Source of the DNA: a virus
Taxonomy: Duplodnaviria > Caudoviricetes
IMG/VR virus record: IMGVR_UViG_3300028591_000070
Coordinates: 288,001-352,000 of that record
Strand: one strand, 5' to 3'
DNA: 64,000 bases
The notes under the pieces were generated by a model that searched no databases, was not told where the DNA came from, and saw only the letters and a list, made by a program, of their open reading frames with translations. Below are positions 52,127 to 62,412 of the stretch, one piece after another (position 1 is the first letter of the stretch; each line of letters opens with the position of its first letter). The position numbers and the translations under genes are program-made.

Positions 52127-53515
52127 TTAAAACTTTTTCTCCGTTTTTTGAGCCAACCAAGGTAATGCTTTTTTAATTGCAAAAACTTTCATAAGCTTTT
52201 GGCTAGCAATATTCAAATTATCTTTATATTCAGGTTTACTTGAAAGATAGAGTTTTTCTTCCTCAGCTAAAGCAATAGCATTTCTACACCAGAATGCAAC
52301 AAACTCTTCAAACATACGGAATGTAAGTTTACGATTTACTATTACTTTATTTCCAAAAACTGGAATATCTTTTTCATAAGCTTCAATAATAATTCCTAAA
52401 GCTGTATAAACACACTGCTTACCCCAATCACGGAACCATTTTGGAAGATTTGAATATTCTCTTTCTTTACATAATCCACCAAAAGCAGATTTAAGACGGT
52501 CCATGAACTGTTCCAAAGTAAGTTTAACTTCAAGTGATTCTACACGGTCTACGACTGCTGAGTCAATTTCATATAATTCAAGATTCGATACAAAAATAAC
52601 AGATGAATTGAAGATAAACTCACGAGGCATACCACCAGTTTTTTCAACTTCTTCTTCATTCTCTCTAAGCATTCCTTTAAATGTATATGCATCAACTGGA
52701 TTTATGCTTTCATTTATAACAACTTGGCCATCTCTTTTAACAACCAACTTATTTTCATCTAAAGCATCCTTGTCAAATTCAATTTTATAGCTTTCACCTA
52801 AATTATCCAATGTGGCATTCATGGCATTTAAGGTTCTTTTATTAGGTGAAACAAATACAGGTTTATGCAATGCCTCTGGGTCTAAAACACCTTTCATAAA
52901 GTTTGCTACTGGACTTCCTTTTCTAAGCATCTTATCATTATCATCTAAGACAATTACATAATTCTGTGAATACTTATAAAACCAAGGAGCAACTGTTGTA
53001 ATTGCATCTCCTAATTCACCACATTCATAATGATATTTTTTACCAGAGCTTGAAATATATTTTTTTAAAGTTTCAGTAACTGTATAAGTATTGTGATGAA
53101 TCATTCCATCTGTGTCAGTATACAAATGTTTTTCAGAGTCAATAGAAAATCCATAAACTGGCACATTTTCTGCAATCTTTCTAATAGAAGTACATTTTGT
53201 ATTTAAGTAAGGAAGATCATCCCCAACTTCAAAATCCTTAACAAATCTAGTTGTACAGTCATTTGGTTCAAAGAATGGTTCAACAGAGATAAGGTGTTCT
53301 CCGGCTAATTTCTTAGAAATACCATTATCAAACTGTATTCTATAAAGGTCATCTCTTTTTCTAATAAAGCCATTTATAGGAGTCCAAACACCGTTTTCAT
53401 CTTGGATTTTAATTTCATCATCTATCTTTACAAATTGGCCATCTTCAAACTTTACATTATATTTTTCTTCAAGTTTACTAAAAAGTTCGCCAATTGAGAG
53501 AGTTATAGTCTTCAT
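52127..53515 (-). CDS. intein fragment fused to the C-terminal part of a P-loop (AAA+-like) ATPase
   Basis: residues 1-142 Hint fold ending HHN; extein begins TYTV, has Walker B IVLDD and IFVSN; no Walker A GxxGxGK in the ORF. Confidence 0.8.
   Translation of the reverse strand: MKTITLSIGELFSKLEEKYNVKFEDGQFVKIDDEIKIQDENGVWTPINGFIRKRDDLYRIQFDNGISKKLAGEHLISVEPFFEPNDCTTRFVKDFEVGDDLPYLNTKCTSIRKIAENVPVYGFSIDSEKHLYTDTDGMIHHNTYTVTETLKKYISSSGKKYHYECGELGDAITTVAPWFYKYSQNYVIVLDDNDKMLRKGSPVANFMKGVLDPEALHKPVFVSPNKRTLNAMNATLDNLGESYKIEFDKDALDENKLVVKRDGQVVINESINPVDAYTFKGMLRENEEEVEKTGGMPREFIFNSSVIFVSNLELYEIDSAVVDRVESLEVKLTLEQFMDRLKSAFGGLCKEREYSNLPKWFRDWGKQCVYTALGIIIEAYEKDIPVFGNKVIVNRKLTFRMFEEFVAFWCRNAIALAEEEKLYLSSKPEYKDNLNIASQKLMKVFAIKKALPWLAQKTEKKF
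53090..53515 (-). mobile_element. mini-intein lacking block A (putative split intein C-fragment)
   Basis: block B AGEH, block F VYGFSIDSEKHLY, block G HHN/T; no N-terminal Cys/Ser block A. Confidence 0.8.
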
Positions 53516-53589
53516 ATAAGATAATTAGTATTTAAAATAAAAACGGCCAACTTTTGTTGGCCTTTGATTAGAGAGTAATGCGTTTAATA

Positions 53590-54258
53590 TTAGCTCAAAG
53601 CTTCTCGAATATCATCATAAGACATAGAATATTTCTTAGAAAGCTCTGCAATATTTCCTTTAAACTTTTCCTGTCCAAATTTTAATGCAAATTCGGCATC
53701 TTTTCTCGAGGCAGAACACTTTTTACAAATTGAGGCCATTGTTTCACCTTCTGATTTAAGGATAAACAATTTGCGCTGTTTCTCAGAGAGTTCTTTCAAT
53801 GTTTTTTCAAATGCTTGATTTATAATCTCTTTAGCCATAGGAGCGACTTCATTTGGAGTTTCAGCAGCTGCACTTTGGTCAAATAATGAAAGAGTTTCAC
53901 CTTCCTTCATAGTGATTTCAGCTGATACTTCATTATCATACTTTTTCTTGGCATGAGAAATAATATCTCTGTTCATTGAATTCCAATACCCATTAAGACG
54001 AATCCAGATTGTCCATGTTGCTGGTTTCTTAATGTCATTTAATCTTACGCCTGCCATTTGATTTTTGAACTTCTCATAAGCTGTTTGAGTCCATTCAGCA
54101 TATTCCTCTTTGTCAAACTTTCTGTTTGTGAGGGATAAAAGTTCATTATGTTTTTTGATTCGAAGTGGCTCATATCTGTTCCAAAGCTCGAGCTCAGCTT
54201 TTATGTCACCCTGTTGTGACTTTTCAACCAACTCATAGTCGGTATAAATTTTTTCCAT
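53590..54258 (-). CDS. sigma70-family RNA polymerase sigma factor
   Basis: ELVEKSQQGDIKAELELWNRY (region 1.2/2) and LSEKQRKLFILKSEGETMASI (region 4 HTH). Confidence 0.75.
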   Translation of the reverse strand: MEKIYTDYELVEKSQQGDIKAELELWNRYEPLRIKKHNELLSLTNRKFDKEEYAEWTQTAYEKFKNQMAGVRLNDIKKPATWTIWIRLNGYWNSMNRDIISHAKKKYDNEVSAEITMKEGETLSLFDQSAAAETPNEVAPMAKEIINQAFEKTLKELSEKQRKLFILKSEGETMASICKKCSASRKDAEFALKFGQEKFKGNIAELSKKYSMSYDDIREALS

Positions 54259-54430
54259 TATATTACGTATCCTTATTTAAATTACATTGCTATGTATAAT
54301 ACCGCGAGTACTATACCCAATTATAACACCCTTTACCGTCTAATTTCTAAAATTATAATCTAAAAATGTGGTTGTGAACATAGCCTTCTCTGGTTGTTCT
54401 CCACGAGTTTTTCAGATTTAACCGAATAAA

Positions 54431-54706
54431 CTAGTCGGATTTAACATTTGTTGCGTCTTTGAATTTTAATTTGAACAGATTGAATTCCTCTCCTTCAACG
54501 AGGTCTCTAACCTCTGCTTCAGGAAAGCGCTTGAGGACTTCTTGATATTTTTCTTTTTTAACTGAAATTTTGAAACAATCCTTTCCTACTTTGTCGAAAT
54601 GAAAGTCGATGCTTTTTGATGCCTCTTTCATAGGCTCATCATATTTACTAGGAAGGTTTGCAAAGTTGCACTCTTTAAGAACTTGTTCAAATAACTTAGA
54701 TTTCAT
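54431..54706 (-). CDS. small protein with MKSKLFEQVLKE leader
   Basis: N-terminus matches that of 60517-61812. Confidence 0.6.
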   Translation of the reverse strand: MKSKLFEQVLKECNFANLPSKYDEPMKEASKSIDFHFDKVGKDCFKISVKKEKYQEVLKRFPEAEVRDLVEGEEFNLFKLKFKDATNVKSD

Positions 54707-55818
54707 TTACTCTCCAATATTTGTTATAATTATATTAACATTAGTTAAAAATTTGGAAGTGAAAACTTAAATTTTTGAACAAATTTTGTTTCCAGAAAAA
54801 CCATTAATAAGAGTTCCGCCACCAATAAGTGAATTATTAAAATCCATATCCACCATAAAAAATCTCCTATATATTTTTAAATCTTTTCAAGCCAATCAAG
54901 AACTTCCTGACAATCTAAAGAATGAAAGCTACTGTCGTCAGTAAAACACCTAGCTGTTATGTCTTCGTCGTAATCAAAATAAAAGAAAACACCACATTCT
55001 TTATTGCCTTTATTGAAATACACTTCGTACCAATCAATATAAAAAAGTTCGTCTGTAATTTGATATTTTTGAGAAATTGCCGTTCTTAAAGTTGTTGCTT
55101 TTTTAATATAGCAATCTAGATTAGACTGGATAAGCTCCATCTGTTTTTTAAGCTTATCTTCTTTTTTATGATAATATTCTAAGACCTTAAATAAATACTC
55201 CTGAAAATCTTTTGGTTTTTTCATTAAAGCTCCTTTACTCGAATTTCTTGAATATCTTGAACTCGAATAGAAATACCACAAGACTGAGAAGTAAGAAAAT
55301 CTCCCCAGTCTTCAGGCATAAAACATCCATGATCGTAACAGCCACCTTCTTGTCGACAATTTAGGCATGGATTTTTTGTATGATGAGATAATTCCGAAAC
55401 ATTTACAATTTCAACAGAACCATTCTTATACTTTACCAATAATTTCATAGGCAATTAAAGTGAGTCCTCTTCTCCAAAAAGACTCTTATAATAAACTTTA
55501 TATTTAGCTCTAGCAGGTTTTGCCTTTACTTCTAAATAATATCTTTTATCATCAACATCTTTAGTTTCTTCAGCTAATCTTTCATATTTGACAACTTGCT
55601 TTTTCCAATAATCGAGAGACTTTTTTCGCATAAAATTAGAGTCCATAAACAAGCCAAATATAAGTGCAAAAACCATTAGCTCAAGCACTAAAATCATAAA
55701 TTGACCAATTTCATCAAGTTCCATGGTAACCCATAGAATAAAGCCAGCTATGACTAAAAATAAAACTACGGCTATGATTACAACAATTTCATTCGGTGAC
55801 ATTTATTCTCCTTTATTT

Positions 55819-56190
55819 TTAGCATCCATTATTCCAAAGGTCGATGGCCTTTTTAATAACCTCATCTTTGGTAATATCTACCATATTTTCGTCATAAAGA
55901 TGCCATTCAGCCAAATTGCCTGTATGCCAAACATTATAGCGTGAACGTGGACCTATGGTTTTACAAGAAGAACAAACAACTGAAATATATCGACTATTAT
56001 TATCAGAAGAGTCCTTCATATGGAACTTTGTTCCATTACAATGAGGGCAAACTTTAATATTTCCTTTCTGACTTTCAAAAGTTGCTTTAAAAAGTTTACT
56101 CTTATAATTAAAAGGAATATCCTCATCAAGAGGGCCACGGTACAAATCCATATCCGTGTCAGTTAAAATCATACATTCTCCTTTTCCCAT
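55819..56190 (-). CDS. Lar-like zinc-ribbon protein
   Basis: CPHC...V.CSSC...GP...KAIDLWN. Confidence 0.55.
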   Translation of the reverse strand: MGKGECMILTDTDMDLYRGPLDEDIPFNYKSKLFKATFESQKGNIKVCPHCNGTKFHMKDSSDNNSRYISVVCSSCKTIGPRSRYNVWHTGNLAEWHLYDENMVDITKDEVIKKAIDLWNNGC

Positions 56191-56431
56191 TTCTTAACAG
56201 CTTTTGCCATCTTTTTTCCATAGGAAACAGCATACTTTACTGCATCATCCCAAGTATCTTCAATGCGAGACTGCTTTCCAGCTTCAACTTTAAATTTATC
56301 ATTCTTAAGTTTAATAATCTTTGGAAGGTCATGAGTAGTACAATAAGATACCCAATGGCCATTCTCTGAAACTGTCTCCCACTTGTATGCACTCTTCATA
56401 ATTATTTACCTCTTATAAGATTATACCAAAA

Positions 56432-57058
56432 TTATATGAATAATTCAGTATATGCTTTACCAACATCAATGTCTTTACTTTGCCAACGCTTAAAAACATC
56501 AACAATTTTTGATTTTGGATTTCGAAGCATATTTTTATATGCACCTTGAAGATGTCCACGCTGGAATATCTTACATAGAAGTTCTTCTTTTGTAAACTTA
56601 TTATAGTAAGAAGTTTCACTCTGAATTAAAGCATTTGGATCACATGTTAAGTCAATTACTGCTCCTTTTTTGAAAATAGCAGCAATATCAGCTGAGGTCA
56701 TTTCTTTACCATTTACAGTAAACTTAATAGAATTAAAATCCTGAATATTTCTATTGAGATAATCAACTAAGCCATAAAGCGTAAGTGTTTTTCCAAGATT
56801 AGCGTGAAGGGCTTTTGCATTTTCCGTAGATATTTTTTTATTTTCTGCAGCTCTTTCTTCTCTTTTAGCTTTAGCTTCCTGAACCTTAGAATAATTTGTA
56901 TTCTGGCTTCCACAATTTGGGCAAACATGTAAAATATGTTCCTGAGAATAAGTACCATAATCTTGGCCTTGACTTCGAATATCACGCTCTGTTGTATAAT
57001 AACTTGTTTTCAACAGATAATTGAAAGATTTTCCACAAGAATAGCATTTATACATCAT
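56432..57058 (-). CDS. zinc-ribbon hypothetical protein (early promoter class)
   Basis: CYSC...CPNC; TATTAT and GAGG upstream. Confidence 0.6.
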   Translation of the reverse strand: MMYKCYSCGKSFNYLLKTSYYTTERDIRSQGQDYGTYSQEHILHVCPNCGSQNTNYSKVQEAKAKREERAAENKKISTENAKALHANLGKTLTLYGLVDYLNRNIQDFNSIKFTVNGKEMTSADIAAIFKKGAVIDLTCDPNALIQSETSYYNKFTKEELLCKIFQRGHLQGAYKNMLRNPKSKIVDVFKRWQSKDIDVGKAYTELFI

Positions 57059-57090
57059 AATTATTACCTCTTATAGAGATAATACCTTTT

Positions 57091-57879
57091 TTATGCAAAA
57101 AGTTCAGTATACATTTTTAAGTATAACTCAAATCGTCTTGTAGGAGCAAATCCAGTCAAGTCATCAAAACTAAGATTTACATCTTTAGGTGGATATTTAT
57201 GGTTTCGATAATACCAATCGCTACGATGCGTTTCCCATTTCAATGTCATAGGATTATAAATCCAATATTTATTTTCTCGTGTATAATTACCATAACCGGC
57301 ATTATAAATAATATATAGATTTACCCAATCATATCCTACATATTTTACATAGCGCATATAATGCCATACACCAACTTCAATATTCTTGTCAATATCAAAC
57401 ATGTCATCCCAAGTATAAGTATAACCTCTTTTACTAAAAGTATTAAAATCACAAAGAGTATCATAATGAACTTGAGTTAAACCTCTACAATTTTTATGGC
57501 TTTCAGCTCTTGGCTTAAAATTACCACAATTTATAATAGAAATTTCAGAAGTTTTAGTTTTATCACTTTCAGTTCCAATTAAAGAATAAATAACTGGAAT
57601 AGGTGTTCCACATCTCTCATACTCTCGTAAAACGGCATGAGCTATTCTGGCTGCATATTCATTTTTACAAACTGCAATACTCTGTCTCAATATTGGAGAA
57701 ATTTCAACTTTTTCCTCTTCATCATTTGGAATGAATGGAATTTCTTTTACAGCCTCAACTTTCTGGTTTGCTATTCTTTCCTGATGTTTAACCTCAGCAA
57801 ATAAGCCAAGGAGAATAGACATTAATGCTACCCAAGTGATAGCAATAATTAATAATAATTTAGAACTATTGGTTTTCAT
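57091..57879 (-). CDS. lytic transglycosylase (SLT domain) with N-terminal TM anchor
   Basis: IGTES, AES....RGLTQV, NIEVG..Y, YNAG. Confidence 0.85.
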   Translation of the reverse strand: MKTNSSKLLLIIAITWVALMSILLGLFAEVKHQERIANQKVEAVKEIPFIPNDEEEKVEISPILRQSIAVCKNEYAARIAHAVLREYERCGTPIPVIYSLIGTESDKTKTSEISIINCGNFKPRAESHKNCRGLTQVHYDTLCDFNTFSKRGYTYTWDDMFDIDKNIEVGVWHYMRYVKYVGYDWVNLYIIYNAGYGNYTRENKYWIYNPMTLKWETHRSDWYYRNHKYPPKDVNLSFDDLTGFAPTRRFELYLKMYTELFA

Positions 57880-58244
57880 TTTATTTACTTCCCCTCAAAT
57901 TATTCTTCATCAAAGCAAATACATTTTTTACAAATTATCTGGATTGTGCGTTCTTCTTCAAAGCGGTCTACAATTTGAAAGGTTTCATCATTTTCTAAGA
58001 AGTACTCAATTCTTTCTTCATATTCAAGATATGAGTCACAAATTACATTGATAATCTGAAATTCACCAACATATTCTCCTGTTGGTAAATATTTTTCTGC
58101 AAAAGCACTGAAAGCAAAAAATCCGAATAAAATAGAAATAATAAGTTTTTTCATGGTATTCTCCAAATTGCTTCCATGCAAAATTAGAAGGACTTCCTTT
58201 ACCTTCTATGTAGAATATACCATTTATTCAAATTTTATTCAAGA

Positions 58245-60296
58245 TTATAAATAATTTGTTTTATTAAATTTTCCGTCTTCTGCCTTATAAACATTACATT
58301 TATAGTTTTCTTTAATATGATCCAAAATCTCATTTTTGTGAGAAATGATAAAAAGCTGCTTAAATGATTTTGAATTGATAAGCATGTCAGTAAGAATTTT
58401 GGCATCTGCATCATTCGCTGACTGGTCAATTTCATCTCCAACAAAGAGGTCCAATTTATAAGATTCAGCTAATGAAACTTTGAATGCTAAACTTAAAATG
58501 TATCTTTCAAGTCCAGAAGACATATCTGCTTTAAGATATTTATTTCTTTTTTCATCAACAATAGTTTTATCCTTAGTATAAAGTAAATCACATCCTTTGT
58601 CACTTACTTCCAATTTTACCTCATACTTAGGAAATACCTTGTGAATAAATCTATTTATTTTACTCTGAAGTGAGTCACAAATCTTTTTAGACATGTACTT
58701 AGGCAAAGTCTTATTTACGACTTCATAAGCTTCCTTAATTGCTGTAACTTTATTATTTAATGACACAACATCATCTAATAATTTTTCATTTGCAATTGTC
58801 AGTTCGGCACACTTTGCTTTATTTTCAGAATTAGTTTTAATAATTACTGTATTTTTTTCAATTGTAATATTATCCTCATCAATTGCTTTTTTGAGTGGCT
58901 CGATTTCATCTAATAATTCTGAAACAGACTTTGTAACCTTATATTGATCCAATTCTTTTTGTTTGGCAGCTTGTATATCCAAAAGTTCTTGTTTTTTAGA
59001 GTTAATTTCAACAATATTACAAACATGTTTTGGTGGCTCTCTATCTTTTAGAGAATTAAGTCGATTTCTTTTAGACATTAAATTACTATTATTTCCTGCC
59101 AAATCAATATTTCTTGTATTATATTTTGTTTGAGCTAAATTAAATGAGTTTTCAATTTCTTTTTTCTGTAAAGATAATCTATTAATTTCTAAGATTTCTC
59201 TATCCAGCTCATTTGTTAATTTTTCCAATTGCTCATCCAAAGTATTATCCAAATCTGCAGTAGGCTGACCACAAGTAGGACATTTTCCTTGAGAAACTAA
59301 ATCTAATTTTGCTTTTACATTTTTAATATCAGCTTCAATTTCAATCTTATGAGTATTATGTTCTGTTAGGTTTTCTGTAATTTCAGTTTTCTGAGTGGCC
59401 CAATTATCTACATCTTTTTTAAGACTTTCAAGCTCGGAATTTGAGTCACTTACAATTTTTTCTAAATCTGCAATTTCATTTACAAGAGTTTTAATTTCTT
59501 TTTCTTTTTCAGCTTCATTAGAAATGATACCTTCTTCCTGCATAATAAGCTGTGAATATTTTAGAATGTCACCATTATAAGAATTGATTTCATTTTTAAT
59601 TGCATTTGCTTTATCAATTATGTCTTGATTAGCTCTAATAAGTTTTGTCTGCTCTGCAATTTGAGCTTCATATTCTTTTTTAGTCTTATCATCTAATTTT
59701 CTTTCTTCAGTTTTCTGTTCAATCGAAAGATGCTCAATAGTAGATCTATTTCCTGCGATTTGAGAATTCAACTCATTAATTTTATCTTCAAGCTCTTTTT
59801 TAGAGGCCATCAACTTATCTTTCTTAGCTTTAAAATTAAAATTAAAAAGCTTCTGAATATAAGTCAATCTTTCAGCAGCACCGATCTCAACAATATTTAC
59901 CTCATTCTGCATAGCAAAAGCTAATTTAGCATGGTAATCTATATTTCTAGCTTTAAGCCAATCTTCTACTTGTGAGTCTTCAAAAGACTCTCCATCATAT
60001 TCAAGAAGTCTTTTACAAGCATTACCTTTTACTCGATTTATAGTTGTAGTAAATGTTGCTAATTTGCCATAAATATCTGCCTTTAAAATAATTAAGGCAT
60101 TATCTTCTCCCTGTTTTACATATTCACCATAAGTTGAAGAACGTTTATAAGTTGAGAGAGTAATTCTCATCGCATCAAAAAGTGCTGATTTTCCTGAAGC
60201 AGGCTGACCATAAATAAAATTCATACTATCGTCAAAGACAAAATCCGCCTCTGATATGTTCATAAAATTGATTAAGTGTAATTCTTTAATTCTCAT
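58245..60296 (-). CDS. SbcC/Rad50/gp46-like recombination ATPase
   Basis: GQPASGKS, CPTC zinc hook, signature SSGLE, Walker B FVGDE, IISH. Confidence 0.92.
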   Translation of the reverse strand: MRIKELHLINFMNISEADFVFDDSMNFIYGQPASGKSALFDAMRITLSTYKRSSTYGEYVKQGEDNALIILKADIYGKLATFTTTINRVKGNACKRLLEYDGESFEDSQVEDWLKARNIDYHAKLAFAMQNEVNIVEIGAAERLTYIQKLFNFNFKAKKDKLMASKKELEDKINELNSQIAGNRSTIEHLSIEQKTEERKLDDKTKKEYEAQIAEQTKLIRANQDIIDKANAIKNEINSYNGDILKYSQLIMQEEGIISNEAEKEKEIKTLVNEIADLEKIVSDSNSELESLKKDVDNWATQKTEITENLTEHNTHKIEIEADIKNVKAKLDLVSQGKCPTCGQPTADLDNTLDEQLEKLTNELDREILEINRLSLQKKEIENSFNLAQTKYNTRNIDLAGNNSNLMSKRNRLNSLKDREPPKHVCNIVEINSKKQELLDIQAAKQKELDQYKVTKSVSELLDEIEPLKKAIDEDNITIEKNTVIIKTNSENKAKCAELTIANEKLLDDVVSLNNKVTAIKEAYEVVNKTLPKYMSKKICDSLQSKINRFIHKVFPKYEVKLEVSDKGCDLLYTKDKTIVDEKRNKYLKADMSSGLERYILSLAFKVSLAESYKLDLFVGDEIDQSANDADAKILTDMLINSKSFKQLFIISHKNEILDHIKENYKCNVYKAEDGKFNKTNYL

Positions 60297-60342
60297 AATG
60301 GTTTTTTAAATTATATATTAACTTAGTGACATTCCAGACTTT

Positions 60343-60492
60343 AAAAAGTCTGGAAACTGGTCACTGTTAAATTATATTTAAAGATGACCACTTTCTCGAC
60401 TTTTTCAAAGTCTCAAAAGATGTCTTTTTCGCTCCACGGAGCTCAAAAGCTAACCACGGCACCGCCTTAGGTAGCTTAAAATGTGGATATAA
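60343..60492. repeat. palindromic intergenic element, copy 2
   Basis: core nearly identical to 9542-9593 with the same downstream sub-motifs. Confidence 0.85.
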
Positions 60493-60516
60493 TCAAAAAA
60501 TGACTAAATTATTTAT

Positions 60517-61812
60517 ATGCAAAGCAAATTATTTGAATCAATTTTAAAAGAAGCTAAAGATTATAAATTTAAAGCAAAAGTCGGAGATTTTTGGCTACAA
60601 AAAGATGGTAATAGCTGGAGACTTTGTGATGATAAAGCTGAAGCAGATGAATTTGAATCTGAAACTGAGCCAAAGCAGATTGTAAATCAAATGCAAAAAA
60701 ATGGTGAAGTTAAAGAGACAACTAAAGTAGAAATTATAAAAATTAAAGAAAGTACAAAGCTTTTTAATAGAGTCCTTAAAGAAACAAGCACTAGCACAAC
60801 TTTTATGCAATATTATATTCCTGAAGAAAAAGACTGGAATGTTAAAGCTTTAAAAAATCGTTTTAAAGAAATATGCAATAGCATGGGTATTTGGACCGAC
60901 TTAAATGAGGGATGTGAAACTTGGGGACTTCATTTAGCTGTTATCAGATATAATAATGGTAGATTAGGACTTGAAATAAAATCACCTTATTATTATCTTG
61001 ATATGAACTTTGGTGGCGATATTGAGTTATATCCAAATGGAGAAGATGCTAATAAAAGTTATGAAGACTTTATTATAAGTGCAATCAATAAATCTTGTTT
61101 ATTTATTAAGAGTAAATATAACGATGAGAGAAATAATGATAGTCGTAAATATTTATTGATTAAAAATCATCCAAATCCTAAAGACCTTTTTATAGTAGAT
61201 AAGCTTACAGTAAAAAAATTATTAAGACAAGCATTTAAATCAGATGAATGTAAATTTATTAGCTTTGAAGACCAATATGATATTTATGGTGAAACATATT
61301 TTGATGTTTCTTCTCCTTCAGAGTCTGAAATAGAAATTTATACAAACTTCTATGATGATGAATCTAATGCTAAAAATGCAACTTATACTTTTGATAGCAA
61401 CCTTAATTTTACAGTTAAATGTAAAGATGGCACAAGTGGAAGTGGTCATGGATATGAAGAAGCTGTTAGATGGTATATCTTGAATGCAGCAAATGCTTTA
61501 GCTGATGGAGAGTTCTCAAAAGATTATAATCCAAATACTTATGAGTTTGTTGTTTACTTAAATCAAGATTTCTATACAAGAATTTCTAAAAATATTTGGC
61601 AACCTATTGAATCAATATTTGAGAATAATGGTCGTCGTAATACAAATTATCAACCTGAAGACTGGGTAGACGAAAGAGCCGCAGCTTGGACTTGTGTAGA
61701 AGAAGACGATGTAAAAGATGCTGTTGCTTGGTTAAGAAAAAAGAAGGTTAAAAATCCTATTAAGTTCTCTATTAGAGATGAACATGGAAAAGATGTAACT
61801 GACCAATTTTAA
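60517..61812 (+). CDS. modular probable virion-internal protein
   Basis: MQSKLFESILKE N-terminus and internal ESTKLFNRVLKE. Confidence 0.6.
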   Translation: MQSKLFESILKEAKDYKFKAKVGDFWLQKDGNSWRLCDDKAEADEFESETEPKQIVNQMQKNGEVKETTKVEIIKIKESTKLFNRVLKETSTSTTFMQYYIPEEKDWNVKALKNRFKEICNSMGIWTDLNEGCETWGLHLAVIRYNNGRLGLEIKSPYYYLDMNFGGDIELYPNGEDANKSYEDFIISAINKSCLFIKSKYNDERNNDSRKYLLIKNHPNPKDLFIVDKLTVKKLLRQAFKSDECKFISFEDQYDIYGETYFDVSSPSESEIEIYTNFYDDESNAKNATYTFDSNLNFTVKCKDGTSGSGHGYEEAVRWYILNAANALADGEFSKDYNPNTYEFVVYLNQDFYTRISKNIWQPIESIFENNGRRNTNYQPEDWVDERAAAWTCVEEDDVKDAVAWLRKKKVKNPIKFSIRDEHGKDVTDQF

Positions 61813-61823
61813 GGAGAAAACAT

Positions 61824-62378
61824 ATGGAAACAATTGAAATTTTTGAGTCAATCTTAAATGAAGAGAAAGGAAGAACAAACTATCCACAAAAAACTCAGTT
61901 TAATAGTGGCAAAGTTAAAAAAGTTCCATTGGTAATGAAATATATTTATGAAAATCCAGGTTGTACCAAAGAAGAGATTATAAGTTTTACAAATTCAATG
62001 GGATTTACAGGTTATAACAATGAGTTATTAGTAGATATTAGAGATGATGGAATGGCAAAAACTCGTTATGTTAATAATAGAGGAAAACTTGGATTTTATC
62101 CCACTGATACAGCCATCGGATATTTACATTCTTTAGGATTTATTGATGACACATCTGGTGATCAAGCTTATAAAGATTTTCTAGATAAGAGAAACAGAGA
62201 TTCATATCTTGCATTATGGCAAAAAGTAAGAGGTATTATATATGACTTTATGGCATATCACTTTATAGATTATTTTTCACAAACACAAGAGAAACAATGG
62301 ATGTCTCTAAGTGAAGATGAACAACGAAAAATTTTAATTGAAGTTATGGAAAAACTTGATTTAAGCAAAATATATTAA
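61824..62378 (+). CDS. probable virion-internal protein with winged-HTH-like segment
   Basis: IFESILNE leader; MKYIYENPGCTKEEI. Confidence 0.5.
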   Translation: METIEIFESILNEEKGRTNYPQKTQFNSGKVKKVPLVMKYIYENPGCTKEEIISFTNSMGFTGYNNELLVDIRDDGMAKTRYVNNRGKLGFYPTDTAIGYLHSLGFIDDTSGDQAYKDFLDKRNRDSYLALWQKVRGIIYDFMAYHFIDYFSQTQEKQWMSLSEDEQRKILIEVMEKLDLSKIY

Positions 62379-62412
62379 AAAAGAAGCTCCTCAATTGAGG
62401 AGCTTTATTTTA
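62379..62412. terminator. bidirectional intrinsic terminator
   Basis: aagctcctca/tgaggagctt inverted repeat between convergent genes. Confidence 0.75.
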
